Shown in pieces: positions 1-12,690 of a stretch of DNA of 64,000 bases. Under the pieces are notes generated by a model, which was given only the letters and a program-made list of their open reading frames with translations, made no database searches and was not told where the DNA came from. A program made the position numbers and the translations under genes. Source of the DNA: Curvularia clavata (lineage: Eukaryota); assembly GCA_023920165.1 (NCBI GenBank), contig CP089281.1, positions 1,922,001 to 1,986,000 on the forward strand. The letters run 5' to 3'. Positions within the stretch are counted from its first letter, which is position 1. Each line of letters begins with the position of its first letter.

Positions 1-1
1 C

Positions 2-265
2 CTAAGCAACGGCGCCGTCATCAACGCAGCCGACAAGGAACACTCCCGCCAACAGGCCAGGGACAAGGAAGTCCCCGCTGCCAAGGCATGGGACCTTATT
101 CAGTCGCATACCCTCGTCAAGCAAGGCCTCGTAGACGTGGCCGACGTGTGTGAGCGGCTCAGAGGCTCCGCCAAGTGTGATGGCCATGGCCCCGTCTTTG
201 AAGAGAGCGCCATCTGGCAAGCCATCGATGAGTCGCGGCGCTGTGGAGGCGATGAACTAATATGA
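2..265 (+). CDS. 3' end of a Yap/Fcr3-like bZIP transcription factor (partial, runs off the window start)
   Basis: Frame +2 is open from base 2: ...AKAWDLIQSHTLVKQGLVDVADVCERLRGSAKCDGHGPVFEESAIWQAIDESRRCGGDELI* (TGA 263-265). The WD-I..H / VCE.L...AKCDG.GPV pattern is typical of the C-terminal PAP1-like domain of fungal AP-1-like factors. Not in the ORF track because it has no start codon. Confidence 0.75.
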   Translation, partial: LSNGAVINAADKEHSRQQARDKEVPAAKAWDLIQSHTLVKQGLVDVADVCERLRGSAKCDGHGPVFEESAIWQAIDESRRCGGDELI

Positions 266-2809
266 TTATCAGTCACGCACACTTGATGCCTTCGTTTCTC
301 CTAATACCCCCTTTGCCCTGTTTCTTTTCGTCCCAACTGCGTGGACTGACACGATGATTCTGTTGCTTCTGGTGTTTGGCGTTGGGCACATGGGTAATTG
401 GTTGGCTGCTCGGTCGGTCGTTCGGTCGGTTGGGTTGTCTGCTGTGCTGACCCACACAAAATTGGGCACTCATGTATCACGAAAAGTCACATTTTCGGAT
501 GGGTTTGTTCATACTGCGACAGCGAATAGTGGCAAGCTCAGGCCCTCGAGATTCTGCATACACTCACCACAATCAAGCAAGTCCGCATTTCTGATCGGTA
601 CACCAACCTCTCCCCCGTCTCATTCTCCGTCTAGCCCACAAACACGTGTCGCACTCTGACTGCTATGGTGGCTTTTGTTCCCCCCTAGGATCCTGCAAGA
701 AACATCCGAGCAAGTGAATCTGGATTAACGCGTGTTCACACAGCGAGCTGGAAACGGTCAAGGCACGGCTCTTGGAGCCATATCTGGTCGTCGGAACGTG
801 TCTGCATCACGATCTCGCAGGTCGAAAAAGTATTCACCACGATCCTGATGAAATGAAGCAAGGATGGGAGAATGGCGTTCCGAGACATTGATCCATGATA
901 AATGCACGATATTCTCTTGGTAGGCATGACATGATCCCTCGTCGCAAGCAACATCCGAAAAAACCCGCAACCACTCTGTACACGCATCCTGTGTCACTAT
1001 CAACTTCTTTCCAAAAAGGGTAGTAGAAGCTAATCAGTCTCGCTTGTACAAGGCCTGCTAGGGGATTGCTACCATCCAATGACATTACAACATGGACATG
1101 ACACGCTTCCACCGTTGGTACGGCAGGCGGGCCGACTCAACTGTCTGTTGTTGACTGCACAGGAAGCCAACAAGGGAATTTCGGCCGCAATAACGGAGCC
1201 AATTGAGCTGTAGGAGGCCTGTGGCATACCTAGGAGGAGGCCTTGACATCATGGTTTCTGGGAAACACCCATCATTTCTGATGCCAAGGCCCATGTTCTA
1301 CACTACCCCCCAAGAGGCAGCAAGCCTGCCGTGCAGAATCGAACCATGGAAGTCTCAACATCCTTACGCAAACCTGCTCAACCCCGATTCGTGGACGGAG
1401 AAAAAGAAAAAAGCCCGAGTAAATGACGAACACAACATGTCAAGTCCCAAGCCCACTATCCCTTGATAACCACGACAAACGCTCTTTCAAGCATGCCGAA
1501 GGTACATGCCTCCCCAAGCGACCTTTGTACCTAACCTCCCAAACCCCCTTCACCCGTGGCCCCCAAATCTCCAGCACATGGCCCCAGCCCAATCCCCCAC
1601 CCACATCGTGCCCTTCCCAATCTGCACCTGCAAGCCCACAGCACTCATCCCAGCCCCCCATCAACCGCACCTGCACGCACCCCTTCCCCATCCCAGCACC
1701 ACGAAGAACAACACAGACACACCGGAGCAGCAGAGCTGCAAGGCGCGCGGGTGGCCTAGCCTAGTCAGCAAGCCCACCTGCCCCGCGCAACATGTGTCAC
1801 CTCTGCGAGCCGGCAGTACAAGAGGTGACATAAGCGACCGAGGCAGTGCCCGCTGGATGACATGAGCGAGTGAAAAAGGATGCGCGACCGGGGTGAAAAG
1901 AGAAGGTCTAGGTCGTCGGATAAGTGCTTGGGTGGTACCGATGCTGCAGCTACGGTATAGCTGCAGTTGAGCAGGTTAGCAGGGGTGGGGGTGTGTGAGA
2001 GAGTGATGATGAGGGGGGGAGGGCTGTCAGATCGAGGCTATGGCCGCTGGGTTGGGCTGAGACATGTTTGGGTATGTGGGTATGTATGAGGTAGAAGGCT
2101 GGATTTTAGTCGAGACGTCGATAAGTCTTTGGCCGATGTGAATGAGGGGTCTAAGGGAAGGATGACTATTCCCGTCTTACTTCACAGGGCATGCGTATCA
2201 AGAACTTCTCCCCCGTGCGAGAAGAATACATGTGCACAAGTTGCGCTGCATGCACCCTATTCCTTCCTATTGACTCAAGAAGGAAAAAAGTACGCAGAAA
2301 GGAAAACAGGGCTGGTTACATTCGACGCCCATTTTCCTCCCACCCCCCCTCATTCTCATTCTAGTGTACTCTGCGCCTCTTCCTCCTCGCACCTCCTCCC
2401 TTTTGAGCAATGTAACATTCCACCCCCACCCTTTCCCCCCCTCTAGCTTTCTGCAAAAAACGTACGTCGGCAAAAAAAAAACAAGCCAACACCCTTCCCA
2501 CCTCGGCTAATTGGGCAAGTTCTCGTGCTTTGCATTTGGCACCCACCCACCCACACATATATATACGCCTGCATATCTCGCAACATGACTCCTTGTCTAG
2601 AAGGGCGGGCCGTTGGATATCGCAACCAGCGCTTGAGCCTTTTCTCTGCGTTTGCAGCATGTGCTTTGAGATGCGAAAAACAAGTTGAAACAGTGGGGTA
2701 GGTAACACTTTCGCCTACCTACCTGCCCCCTCTCCCCCAAAAAAGAGTGCATGTTTGGGGGAGGGGAGGCCTTTGGGGGGGGAGGGAAGGGGGATCTCGG
2801 GTATTGCCC

Positions 2810-3693
2810 TCAATCCCAATCACTGTCGTCATCGTCGACGGTGGCCGTCTTGCCTTGTCGAATCTTGTTCGACGTCTCGTCTTCGTCGTCCTTCTTGCGC
2901 TGTAACCGCGAGTCTCCAAGTTTGACGGCTCCAACGTCCACTAGCAATTTTTCTACATCTGTGGTTTTGCAAAATCAGCATAACTCTGTCTCTGCTATCA
3001 GGAAAAAAAAAAGGTCCTCAAACTCACCTTGCAAACTTGTCCTTGGCCCCGCCAACTGCATCAGCGTCACAATCTGCCTCTTGATATCGCCGTCCTTGTA
3101 GATCAGAATCGTCGGCGTGTTCTTATCCGGGTACCCTTCTATACACAAATCTGCCCTCATCTGGCAAAACTTGACGTCTCCGAAGCGCTTCGCTAGCTCC
3201 CGCCAGTGCTCGATCATGACCCTGCTTTCGGTGTTCGTCCCCATGGAACTCGTCAGCAGCACGAGCACATAGGCGTCCTTGCTCGCTTCGGTCACGTCAC
3301 GCGAGTAGTCGGGCTTTTGGAGGTGGTAGACTTGGTTGTAGACAGAAGAAGTTTTGATGCTAGACAGCTCGGCCATGCGCTTCTGACGGTATGACTCTAG
3401 GAAATCGTCGTCTTCGTCGTCTTCGAGTTCAGCCAGCTCGTCGAGGTCCTTGCCTTCGAGTCGGTTCTCGTGCGCTAGCTGTCGCGCCTGTTCGAGCGCT
3501 TCTTGGATCATGGGCGTTGGCGACGGAGGCTTCTCGGGGATGACGCCATGTTTGCGGAGGATATCGTTCCTGTGCAATATGTGTTAAATGTGGTTTTTAT
3601 CTCGACATCACTGTGCGGTAGACTGGCTGACCATTCGGTATCGGCGTTGGGGTCGTCCACAGGGACATTGACTGGCATATCTGGCATCTGCAT
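2810..3693 (-). CDS. PLP2: Phosducin-like protein (Plp2/PhLP2, thioredoxin fold, CCT co-factor)
   Basis: Three exons (3693-3632, 3569-3028, about 2958-2810) with canonical introns. Motifs DPNADTEWNDILRKHGVIP and CIEGYPDKNTPTILIYKDG; acidic tail DDDDSDWD*. Confidence 0.9.
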
Positions 3694-4188
3694 GGCTGCG
3701 GTTGAAGTGATACGATATATAGAGGCCGTGTATCGAATTGAGTAAACCAGAAGATTTTATCGTACTGTCAAAAAGTGTCGGTGTCGTGAAATGTTGATGC
3801 CTGCAAACTGTCAAATCTTTCGGGCAATGCGAAGCTCCGTCATGAACCCTGTCGATCTGCCCCGCCCCCACTTCAACTCCACGGCGCCAATCTTTTTGCC
3901 AGTACCTCTGTTAACAATACTGTGAAACCACAATCTTCTACTATTTTCTCTACTTCGACATCCATTCCAGAAATGCGACTCGTCGGCCAATGGCAATTTA
4001 AAGAGTTATACTGGTAGCGCAAAAGAGTGTTTCAATTTTGGTTTGCTCAAGTCCTGTATGTATATCCATCCGTTCTTATATCCATCACCATCACCAAATC
4101 GTTGTATTACCCAGCACCTCTATCCATCCACCTTCATATATTGCGAGAGCACTCTCAGATGATTGGTCGTAGTTGTTGTTCCTCAGTC

Positions 4189-6504
4189 TCAAAAGAACGT
4201 TCCCTTTTGACCAGCACGAAGACTGCTGTTCTCAAGAACAGCATCAGCATCGTGGTCGTCAATCGCCCCAGGCCGGTCGATAGACCGGGGAATGGGTCGG
4301 TCGAAAGCGTCAAAGCGACGGCCCTGAACCTTGGCCATGACCCAGAGGAAACTGATGCGAAGAGCGCAAGCGCCAAAAGCCCACAAGAGACCGCCAAACG
4401 GCGCGGCCACGAAAGCTCCTGCCCAGAAGTTAGCAAACACGTACGATAATCGAATGGGACCAGCATTGACTTACCAAAAGCGCTCCAGTCATTTGCATAC
4501 AGTCCGCCCTCAAGTAAAAGCAATTTACCAGCAAGGGTGGCATCGCCATCATAGTACACAAGACCAAATAGAAAGATGGTGAAGATACCTCCAAGGCCTC
4601 CGACCACAAAATCAAAGCCACGGTACCAGTAGAACCTCTCACTCAAGCCAATGACCAAGCAGGGAACAACAGCCGCACTGACCAAATCACTGATCAAGAA
4701 GATTTGCAGAATATCCGGGCTGCGTAGTGCGACGACAACGACAGGGAAGATGAGGGCCACAACGCAGGCGCGGATGATCCATATGTTCAACTTGTTGCGG
4801 AAGAAGTCGTTGCTTCCCGTGCTAATCATGGCGGACTGGAAGGAGTCGAACGCAGCGGTTGAAAGCGAGACTGTCATGACGAGTACCACGCCTACAACCC
4901 AAGCAGGTAGCTTTTCAAGAAGAAGAAAGAAGGCGAGGGAGCCATTCTCTTCATCACCAATAGTGTAGGCACCGGACCATGCAGCGAGCATGCCCGCGAC
5001 GCCAAGCAGCGTGAGAATGATGAGTATGCCCATGCTTGCGAGTGAGACTCCAATCCACAAGTCCTTGTCTGTGCGAGAGGCAAAGGTGCGCATCCAGAAT
5101 CCTGAGAGGAAAAAGTCGTTGGTGAGGATCGCGACAGGGAGAATGTAGATGAGTTGCCATCCTAGCAGACTGGACTCAAGGTAGCCAGATTTGTCGATCA
5201 ACGAGCGGTCAATGTCGGTTTCAACGCCCACAGCAATCACTCCCAAGATGATGAGACCGATGACCATCACACCCTGGATATTGTCGGTTATAAAAGAGAC
5301 TTTGAAGCCACCAAGCGCTGTCGCTGTTAGTTGATCATCCCTTTGCTTTGACAAAATCACCCTTACATGTATAAATGGTAGTGACGGCACACTCGACGAT
5401 GACAACGGGAAGCCCATTCAATCCCGTCAGCAGTGTGACGATTTGTTGCAATGCAGACAGCTCGGCAACCATGTACAGAAACATGGTTATGAGTGTGCAA
5501 GCACTGAGGAATATGCCTGCAACTACCCCGTAACGCTGCCTGGTCCATTCAGTCAGGACAAAGCCTTCGGGGCATTTGCGTCTAATGATGGGTCCCAGCG
5601 CGCCGAAGACAAGAAGCGGCAGAGAGGAAGACAAGGCGTATACCAGTAAGCCCTGAACGCCAGCAATGGTGGCGATTTGAGGGTACGTGAATAGAATACC
5701 CGATCCGAGAGCTATGAGTTAGGAAAGCCTAGGTCAGCGTCAAGTCAATGAGGGGGAGGAAGGGGAAGTGTAAGGGGGAGTAGCGGCAGCACGTTCCTCA
5801 CGCAAGTATTATCTTGATCGAGTTCTTACGGTACTTCTCAGCTTCCCCTTGGCTGGAGTCAATACATCTCAGATGCATGGACCCAGCCTCAGTTCGGCGC
5901 CCGCAGTGTAGCCGCACAAAAGACTGACCTCATACCAGACGCGCAAGAGTAACAACGACTCTTGTGCGTAGTATTTTTTTGAAGCCAGCTTCTGCGAGAG
6001 ATCTCAATACGAACCTAGAGGATTTCAAATTGCCTCATACGAGGACATGCGCTCCAAACGACGACATGATCCTACTGACGATAAAAAAAAGTCGCCGATC
6101 ATGGTGGAATACCGATACTGCCGCTGCCTCTTCATGTGCAAAGCACAGGTGCACGAATGCACTCACCCGATGCGATGAAATTGAAAGCGAGCGGGACGCC
6201 TGTAACAATGGTCAGCTGATCTTCCTTTTCACTAAATACAAGGAAGAATTATTTTGCGCAAAAAAGGCGCAAAGCCGGGGAAGACGCTTATGCTGACCCT
6301 TCTGTGTGCGGTTGCTAGACAGCCACTCCGTCTTGGACTGGTGTCGCAGTCGCCATGCAACGAAGCATCCCAGGACCCTGAATCGTACATTGGTTAGGAC
6401 AAGTCCACAGGTCGCCAAAAACAAACTATGACGTCTACTCACAAAAAAGAGCCAAGGGTAAGGTAGATGATGGCGTTGGACGCCGGCTGCGATGGCATGC
6501 CCAT
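4189..6504 (-). CDS. Sodium:solute symporter family (DUR3-like) transporter, TPP-riboswitch-associated type (Neurospora NCU01977-like; probably thiamine or precursor related)
   Basis: Six exons splice in frame: 6504-6443, 6377-6298, 6199-6167, 5711-5367, 5317-4475, 4418-4189. Product MGMPSQPASNAIIYLT...NRTQKGVPLAFNFIASALGSGILFTYPQIATIAG...CPEGFVLTEW...LGGFKVSFITDNIQG... with many transmembrane segments. Confidence 0.9.
5783..5915 (-). ncRNA. TPP (thiamine pyrophosphate) riboswitch aptamer inside intron 3 of the SSS transporter
   Basis: The minus strand reads GCGGGCGC...GCUGAGAAGUACCGUAAGAACUCGAUCAAGAUAAUACUUGCGUGAGG. It has the conserved UGAGA junction, P2 GCGG/CCGU, P4 CUC/GAG, P5 CAAG/CUUG closing AUAAUA, a long P3 hairpin (GGCUGG..GUC..AUGCAUC/GAUGUAU..GAC..CCAGCC) and closing pairing GCGGC..CAC/GUG..GCCGC. 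Confidence 0.95.
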
Positions 6505-7059
6505 GGTGTGAGAATAGTCAAGATGCGAGGCGGGCGATCAAAGGCAAAATGGTGGATAGCTCTCGAGGATGCAGGTAAATCAGAGCCGCGAAGTTAAGAA
6601 CATTGGGCAGGCAGGGTTAAGGTAATAGTTCGCCCCAAAAACTTTTTTGCTCGTACTAGATCCCACGCCTTGCTTGTTGCATCACTAGCGCTGCACGGAG
6701 AAACTGGCCGCGGGTGTTAGACATGGGGGTTTCTCGTGGGGTGATGAGCACGCTGACTGCTACAAGGTTTTTGCTACGGCCCATTACAAGTCATACTAGA
6801 GGACTGTTCACGCAAGAGTAGGTTTAGGATATTATTGCATTCTCTGACCGAGTATCCGTTGTGTTCCTCCATAACTTGAAAATCGAGTACCAAATAGTTT
6901 CTCCAGAACGCCTCGTCGCTCCATCGCGCAGCAAATGCGGCATTATCGAAAGTAACATTTTCTCCGTCACCACCACCCCCCAAAACTATCGACTTAGACC
7001 TGCCTGTAGAAAATAATTTTGCTGGCGGTTCCTTGGTAGCATGACCTGCCCTGGCCATT

Positions 7060-7659
7060 CTACCATGCGTGCCTGTCCCAATTTGGGTCTGCCAAAATAT
7101 CAGTCGACGCTTTGAATATCCACTGCATATGGACTCACCCTGCACAAATGCCGCAAGCACCTTGCTGCCGGTTTGCAGTAGCGGATGGCCGACCACTATT
7201 TGCAGGAAGCGCTGAAGCCCTTCCCGTCGGTGCTCAATCACATCGTCGGAGAAGCGGTTGGTAAGGACCTTGCCCGGCAGCGGTGGTATGGTGACGCGCG
7301 CCGACTCTCGTTCGAGAATATCACGGAAGGCTTCGAATTCGCTGTACCGGCGGCGGACTGTCGACGACTTGAGCTTGAAGGCGGGGATGTTGGTGCGCAT
7401 GACGATTTCGTAGGTTGTGTACATGCCACGGCCGACTCCTAGCACCCTGTTAGTGAAGCTTGCTAGACACTCGAAGCGCTTGCACTTACCGTGTGTCATA
7501 GGGTTTCTAACCTGTGCACGCGACAAATGTGAGCAAGGCTGCAGGTTCACACAAGGGTACGGGAGCTCCAGATCAGCCTACCTCTATCTCCAGGAAGTTC
7601 TCGGGAGGGCCATACAGCTCCTCAAAGCTCTGCGATCGCGCATCGGGTAGGGACTGCAT
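7060..7659 (-). CDS. SNX3: Sorting nexin-3 (PX domain)
   Basis: Four exons: [45 protein letters not shown]...[12 protein letters not shown]...IPPLPGK...[12 protein letters not shown]. Confidence 0.95.
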
Positions 7660-8439
7660 CGTGGGCGTAGAATGTGGACGTGGAAGCTGGACAGAGGTTG
7701 GTTGCGCGAGAGTTGGACATCAATGGCGGGGCTATCGCGAACGAACTAATGGCCCGGCGCTTTGGTTGCTCTTGGTTTGGCGAGCTGTTGGCAACGCACC
7801 ACGTGCATGCAACCGCCCTGCATGAACACCAGCCAAACTTATTACAGATGTGATGCAATGCCAATGGTTGTTTGCTGTAGCAGGATAGAGAGCTTAGGCT
7901 GTGGGTTTGCCTCTGATTGCTTTTGCGGAACATGCTAGAATGGTGGCCGTTGATGTCATTCGTGAATTTATCATCACGAGACAAATATGCACATCAACAG
8001 AACGGGTTATCCGTCGGCTGAACTACTTCGCGAATGTAGGCCTGTACAAGTGCAATAGTCTCTTGTTGACTACAGCCATGTCACATTGTCGAAACAGTAC
8101 TGAACAACGGGATGAAGAGATGATATGACATCATCAGAACGGTAGTCATCCGGGTTTTCTTATCTAAACCCTCACCTTACGGCTAAGTCACGATAGTAAC
8201 ATTGCAAAGTACGAACAACCAAGATCCGAGGTCGTGAAGAAAAGTTGAAATGTATTGGCAAAAAAACAAAACTACACACTGTGGGCGCATGTTCGTAACC
8301 GCTCACTCTAAGAACAAGTAGTAGAAGCACAAACTCCCAGCCCATGCCTTGATTTTCGTCCTGTACCCGCTTTTGACCAGTCGTCAATCGTGAAAAGCGT
8401 AGAAACAAAACGAACGCCTAGCTTTTAAATTGCCATTTT

Positions 8440-11400
8440 CTACTGGCGATCCCTCAGGTGACGAGGCACCCACTTTCCGGTCGACGAGGCCGGAGCTTCG
8501 GTGGTAGGCCTCGACTCACGCTCGCCCTCACCCTCACGAGCTGGGGCATCACGGCGTGCACCAGGAGGGACGTAGCCACCAGTGGCGGCAGGGGATGCTT
8601 TCCTGTCTCCCCATCGATCTCCCCCACGAGGAGCCTCGAAGCGGCCACTGCCAGCAGCGCTGCCGCTGCCGCTGCCGCTAGCCTCGCGTTCGCGCCATCC
8701 GCCACCTGGGGCGCCGCCACTTTGACGCAGCGCCGGTGGGACATAGCCAGTCCTCTTGGGCGCCTCCGCCTCGGGGGCTGGAGAGGCGGCGGGAGCAGCA
8801 GCAGCAGGGGCTGGAGAGGTACTGGCGGCTGGGGGAGCCTGACCAGCGGCCTTCATAGCCTCACGCTCACGCCAGCTGGGCTTGCCGCCAGCCAGTTGCA
8901 GTCTTGGAGGACCGCCGGCTGAAGGAGTATCGGCAGCCGGCTCACGAGCGAAGGGGCGGCTAGCACCAGCTCCAGCACCGGCCCTTCGCTTGGCCATGGC
9001 CTCCTCCTCACGCTGTGCTTGCAGGCGAGCCTTCTCAGCAAGAGCACTGGGATATGTTAGTGTGTGGTTACGAAGCAGACATGGTAATACTGACTTGCGC
9101 TCTTCCTCCCTCTTCGCCTTTTCTTCGGCCAGTCGTGCACGCCTCTCCTCATCAGCCTTGGCCTTGGCCTCGGCTTCAGCCCTCTCACGCTCCTCTTCCT
9201 CGCGTTGGCGGCGTTCAGCCTCCTCACGCTCCCTCTTCTCCCTTGCGATGCGCTCCTTGACCTCCTTGACACGAGCGGCCTTTTTGCTTTCAAGCTCCTT
9301 CTGTGCAATCTTCTGGCGCTTCTCAAACTCAGCCTTGCGCTGTTGCTTGACAGTAGAAACGAACTGCTGGTAGGGTGACACCAGTCTTGACAGACGGTGC
9401 TTGAGGGCAACGTCCTCTTTGTGCTTTTCTTCGGCTTCCTTGAGCTCCTCAGCCTTGGCCTTCTCGTAGGCTGCAAGGTCGGCCTCCTGTTGCTTCTCGT
9501 AGTCAGTCTTGAGGTGCTTGATCTCCTCCTTACGGTAGGCTCGCTCCAAGTGGTCGATACGCTTGCCGGTGATGCGGAGCTGTTCGCCAAGTTGGTTCTT
9601 CTCCCTCTCAAGAGCTTGAAGCTTGAGGATACGGATCCTCTGGGAGTCGAGATCATCCAGATCTTCCGGAAGCTCAATGTCAACCTTGGTGGTGGCCTTG
9701 AGTTCCTTGATCTGCTTCTCCATTTCCTCGCGCTGGATACGCTTCTGCTCAGCCTTCATGCGTTGCTCAGCACGCTGCTTCTGCTCCTCGGCCAGGCGGC
9801 GAGCCTCCTCATCCTTGATCTGTTGCTGGCGGATGAGTCTCTTAGTTTGCTCCTCATTCTCCTTGGCCTGCTGGGCCTTGAGGGCAGCCTCCTTCTTTTG
9901 CGAGATGATGTCGCGGCGGGTGAGAATGTCCTGGTGTTCCTTCTCGGCACCTTCCTTGGCACGGGCAAGTGCAGCCTCCTTGGCGCGCAGACGGTCTGCG
10001 TTGAATGAAGGGTCAACATACTGGCAGGTGACAAACAGAGACTTGGCAAGGCGGGTAAGTTGAGAGCGCACAATCTCGGCAGGGGTGCTCTGCAGACGCT
10101 GCACGGAGCGGGACTCAGTCTCGGCTGATCCCGCACCAGAGCCAGGGTGCATGGCCTTTGCTGACGAGAAAACGTCCGAGTCGAAAGTAAGGACACCCGT
10201 AGCGTGGTCAGTGCGGATGGCGAGATCGCCCTTCTTGCAGCCGTTCATGATGAACTTCTCAATAGTGCCGGCGCTAACGTGGAAGGGCTCAGGGAACTGT
10301 GCAAGGCCGAGCACAAACTTGATCTCGACCGAGTCGTAGACTTGAGAAAGCTGCTGGAAGAGACGGGTGAGGATGACCTGCTGGAGCGGGCCAACGTACT
10401 TTTGCATGTCCTCATCAGCACCAATTTGAGACAGGATTGGCGAGATCTTCTTGCAAATGGAGAGGGGGTGGAAGTCGACCTCGAGGATGTTGTAGAGGTC
10501 GCGGATCTCGGGACGGACACGCTTGAGCAGGCCCTTGCTGAGAGCATCTTTGAACAGAATAGCACGTGTGGGGGCCTGGGACATGCCGAGCAGGTTGGTA
10601 AGACGCGAGTTCTTGTTCTTCCTGGCCTCGTCAACGTCGACAAGAGCACCACGGGAGCGCGAAGTGCTGATGACGGGAATGGCAAGAGCGGACAGCAGGA
10701 CAAACGAGGCGGCCTTGGTCATGTCGGCGTCGGTGACAGCTGGGTTGTCCTTCTTAGGGCTCTGTCCAGAGGCAACGGCAGCGGCGGACTGGCGGAGGAG
10801 GTTGTAGTAGCGGCTGTATGCAGCAGCGTGGAACAGGTAGTTCTCACTGACCAAGAAGATGCGAGTCAGCTTCTCGAAGTAGTTGGCCATCATGATGTTC
10901 TTGGCTGGGCGCTTGCTCAAGCTGAGCAGGGTGTGGATGTCCTCGACGCTGCGGAAAGCCTCCTGCCAGAGCTCGAGCTCGACAGCCACGTTGAGCTGCT
11001 GGAAGCGTGTGTCAAGGTGGCGCTGCAGCGTGTCTGGGTCGGACAGGTTGATGGCGTGCATCTGCGAGGAGAACTTTGCGGCATTCTGGAGATGGTTGCG
11101 GAGCAGCTCGCAGAGACGGCGGAACTCGGTCTTGCGGGCGTACTTAGAGCAGAACTGGAAGGCCTGGTGGGCGGTCGACTGGTACATGAGCTCCAGGCGG
11201 GCATTGTTCTTGAAGATGTCGAGGACGGTGCGGTATGTCTCCCACAGGAACTTGAGCCATGGGGTAACAATGGCCCGGTCGGTGCGGTCGCGCGACTGCT
11301 CGCCCGAGACGGTGGAGAGGAGGATGGACTCGGGCGTCTCAGAGGCCTCGAGGTCGTCGATGTTCTTGTCGTCCGAGGGCTCGAGCGAGGACTGAACCTC

Positions 11401-11801
11401 GTCGGCCTTGGCCTGGGCCTCTGTGACCTTTTGCTCGGCGAGCTCGATGAAGCGCTTGAAGACGGTCTCGATGGTGCCGACGTTTGTGTTCTGGGCCGTG
11501 TTCTTGTACTGGTAGAGGCCGTCCTTGGCGAGCTTGCCCTTGCGCAGATCGACGCAGAGCTCGACAAAGAGGATCATGACGGGCTCCAACGAGGTGATTG
11601 GGCTGTTGCGGGTGCGCTTGGAGGTGACATGTTCGTGGAGGAGCTGGAGGGCAGCCTGGTGCTGGTCGACTCCGATGAGTTCCTGGGCGCGTTTACTGCG
11701 TGGTATTAGCTGGGGGGTGCTGGGTGCGTGGTGGGTGTGTGATTGTGAAGCGGGGCGGCGCACAGAGTGTTCTCGGGCTTGGAGTGTGGTGGTGGCGCCA
11801 T
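8440..11801 (-). CDS. TIF32: Translation initiation factor eIF3 subunit a
   Basis: True start [13 protein letters not shown] at 11801, then an intron, then KRAQELIGV...[20 protein letters not shown]...[10 protein letters not shown] (PCI region), a long coiled coil and an R/G/D-rich tail. A second 48-nt in-frame intron lies near 9048-9095. Confidence 0.97.
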
Positions 11802-12225
11802 GCTGGGCAGATTGATGTCGCAGATCCAACGGCTCGGGTCGGATGGGCTTTACAGCAAGCGGGCGACGCAGCCAAGGGCGTTGGAGGTTGAGAGGCGGTT
11901 GCGGGTCTCGCTCTCTCTCACAGGCGGTGGTGGGAAAGTCAGGGCGTTGCAAAATGGTTGTGCTAGGCTGAGGTAAGCGAGCTCGCGGCGGACGCGGCAC
12001 ATGAGCCCCCGCACAGAGGCATGCATGGCCAGGCCAAACACGGCGCCGCACCGTGCAGGGCAGAGCAGTGCAGGCAGCGAGCCAGCGAGCGAGTGGGCCC
12101 CGATAGCGACTGAAGCCATGGAGCGCTCGTCTGGGCGAGCCAACGCGATTGCGTGGGCGGGCGTCTTGTTTTGATGTTGCTGGGCTGCTGCACTGCTCGC
12201 TACGCTCTGGGCCGTGGGTGGCATG

Positions 12226-12254
12226 GCCAAAGCCAAAGCCAAAGCCAAAGCCAA
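12226..12254 (+). repeat. (GCCAAA)n hexamer microsatellite in the divergent eIF3a / G-gamma promoter
   Basis: About 4.8 tandem copies of GCCAAA read directly from the sequence. Confidence 0.85.
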
Positions 12255-12690
12255 TGAGGCGCTATGCCGCAACCGAACGGGGCCCGAACCAGCCCAGCAC
12301 CAGGCCCGTCCATCAAGGGGATGGGTGGCCCGTCTTCCAACCACCTCTCCTTGCATCCCGTGCTTCACCTGTCGCCCTTCTCTGCACCCTTTGCCAGCTC
12401 TCCTGTTACAGTCGCGGCAGCAGCAGCTACAGCTCCGGCTCCAGCATCCAGCATCCCTCTCGCGCTCATCTCTGGCGGCAGGCTCACACCCGGCTGGCCG
12501 TCTTCGCTCCTTACCCCCTCTCTTCCCTACCCGTCTCCTGTCCACGCCGCCCACGACCACGACGCCACCACCACCACCACTACCACCATCAGCTCCATCG
12601 CCATAATACCCAGTGACGCCCGTCGCCATCTCTCCTCTTCCCTTATAGCCTAATACTTTTCCCACGCGCACCATGCACGCCATGTCGACC

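Noticed and set aside
300..2750. Short Pro/His-rich ORFs and a 9-bp inverted repeat (CTGCAGCTA/TAGCTGCAG near 1944-1966)
   Set aside because: No recognisable domain, codon bias or splice structure; one short palindrome is expected by chance.
9397..11709. Long plus-strand ORFs (501 aa, 203 aa) opposite eIF3a
   Set aside because: Antisense shadows produced by the strong codon bias of a highly expressed gene; no independent motifs.
11802..12051. N-terminal extension of eIF3a in the ORF track
   Set aside because: The conserved start [11 protein letters not shown] at 11801 is in another frame and joined by an intron; the extension is 5' leader and intron read-through.
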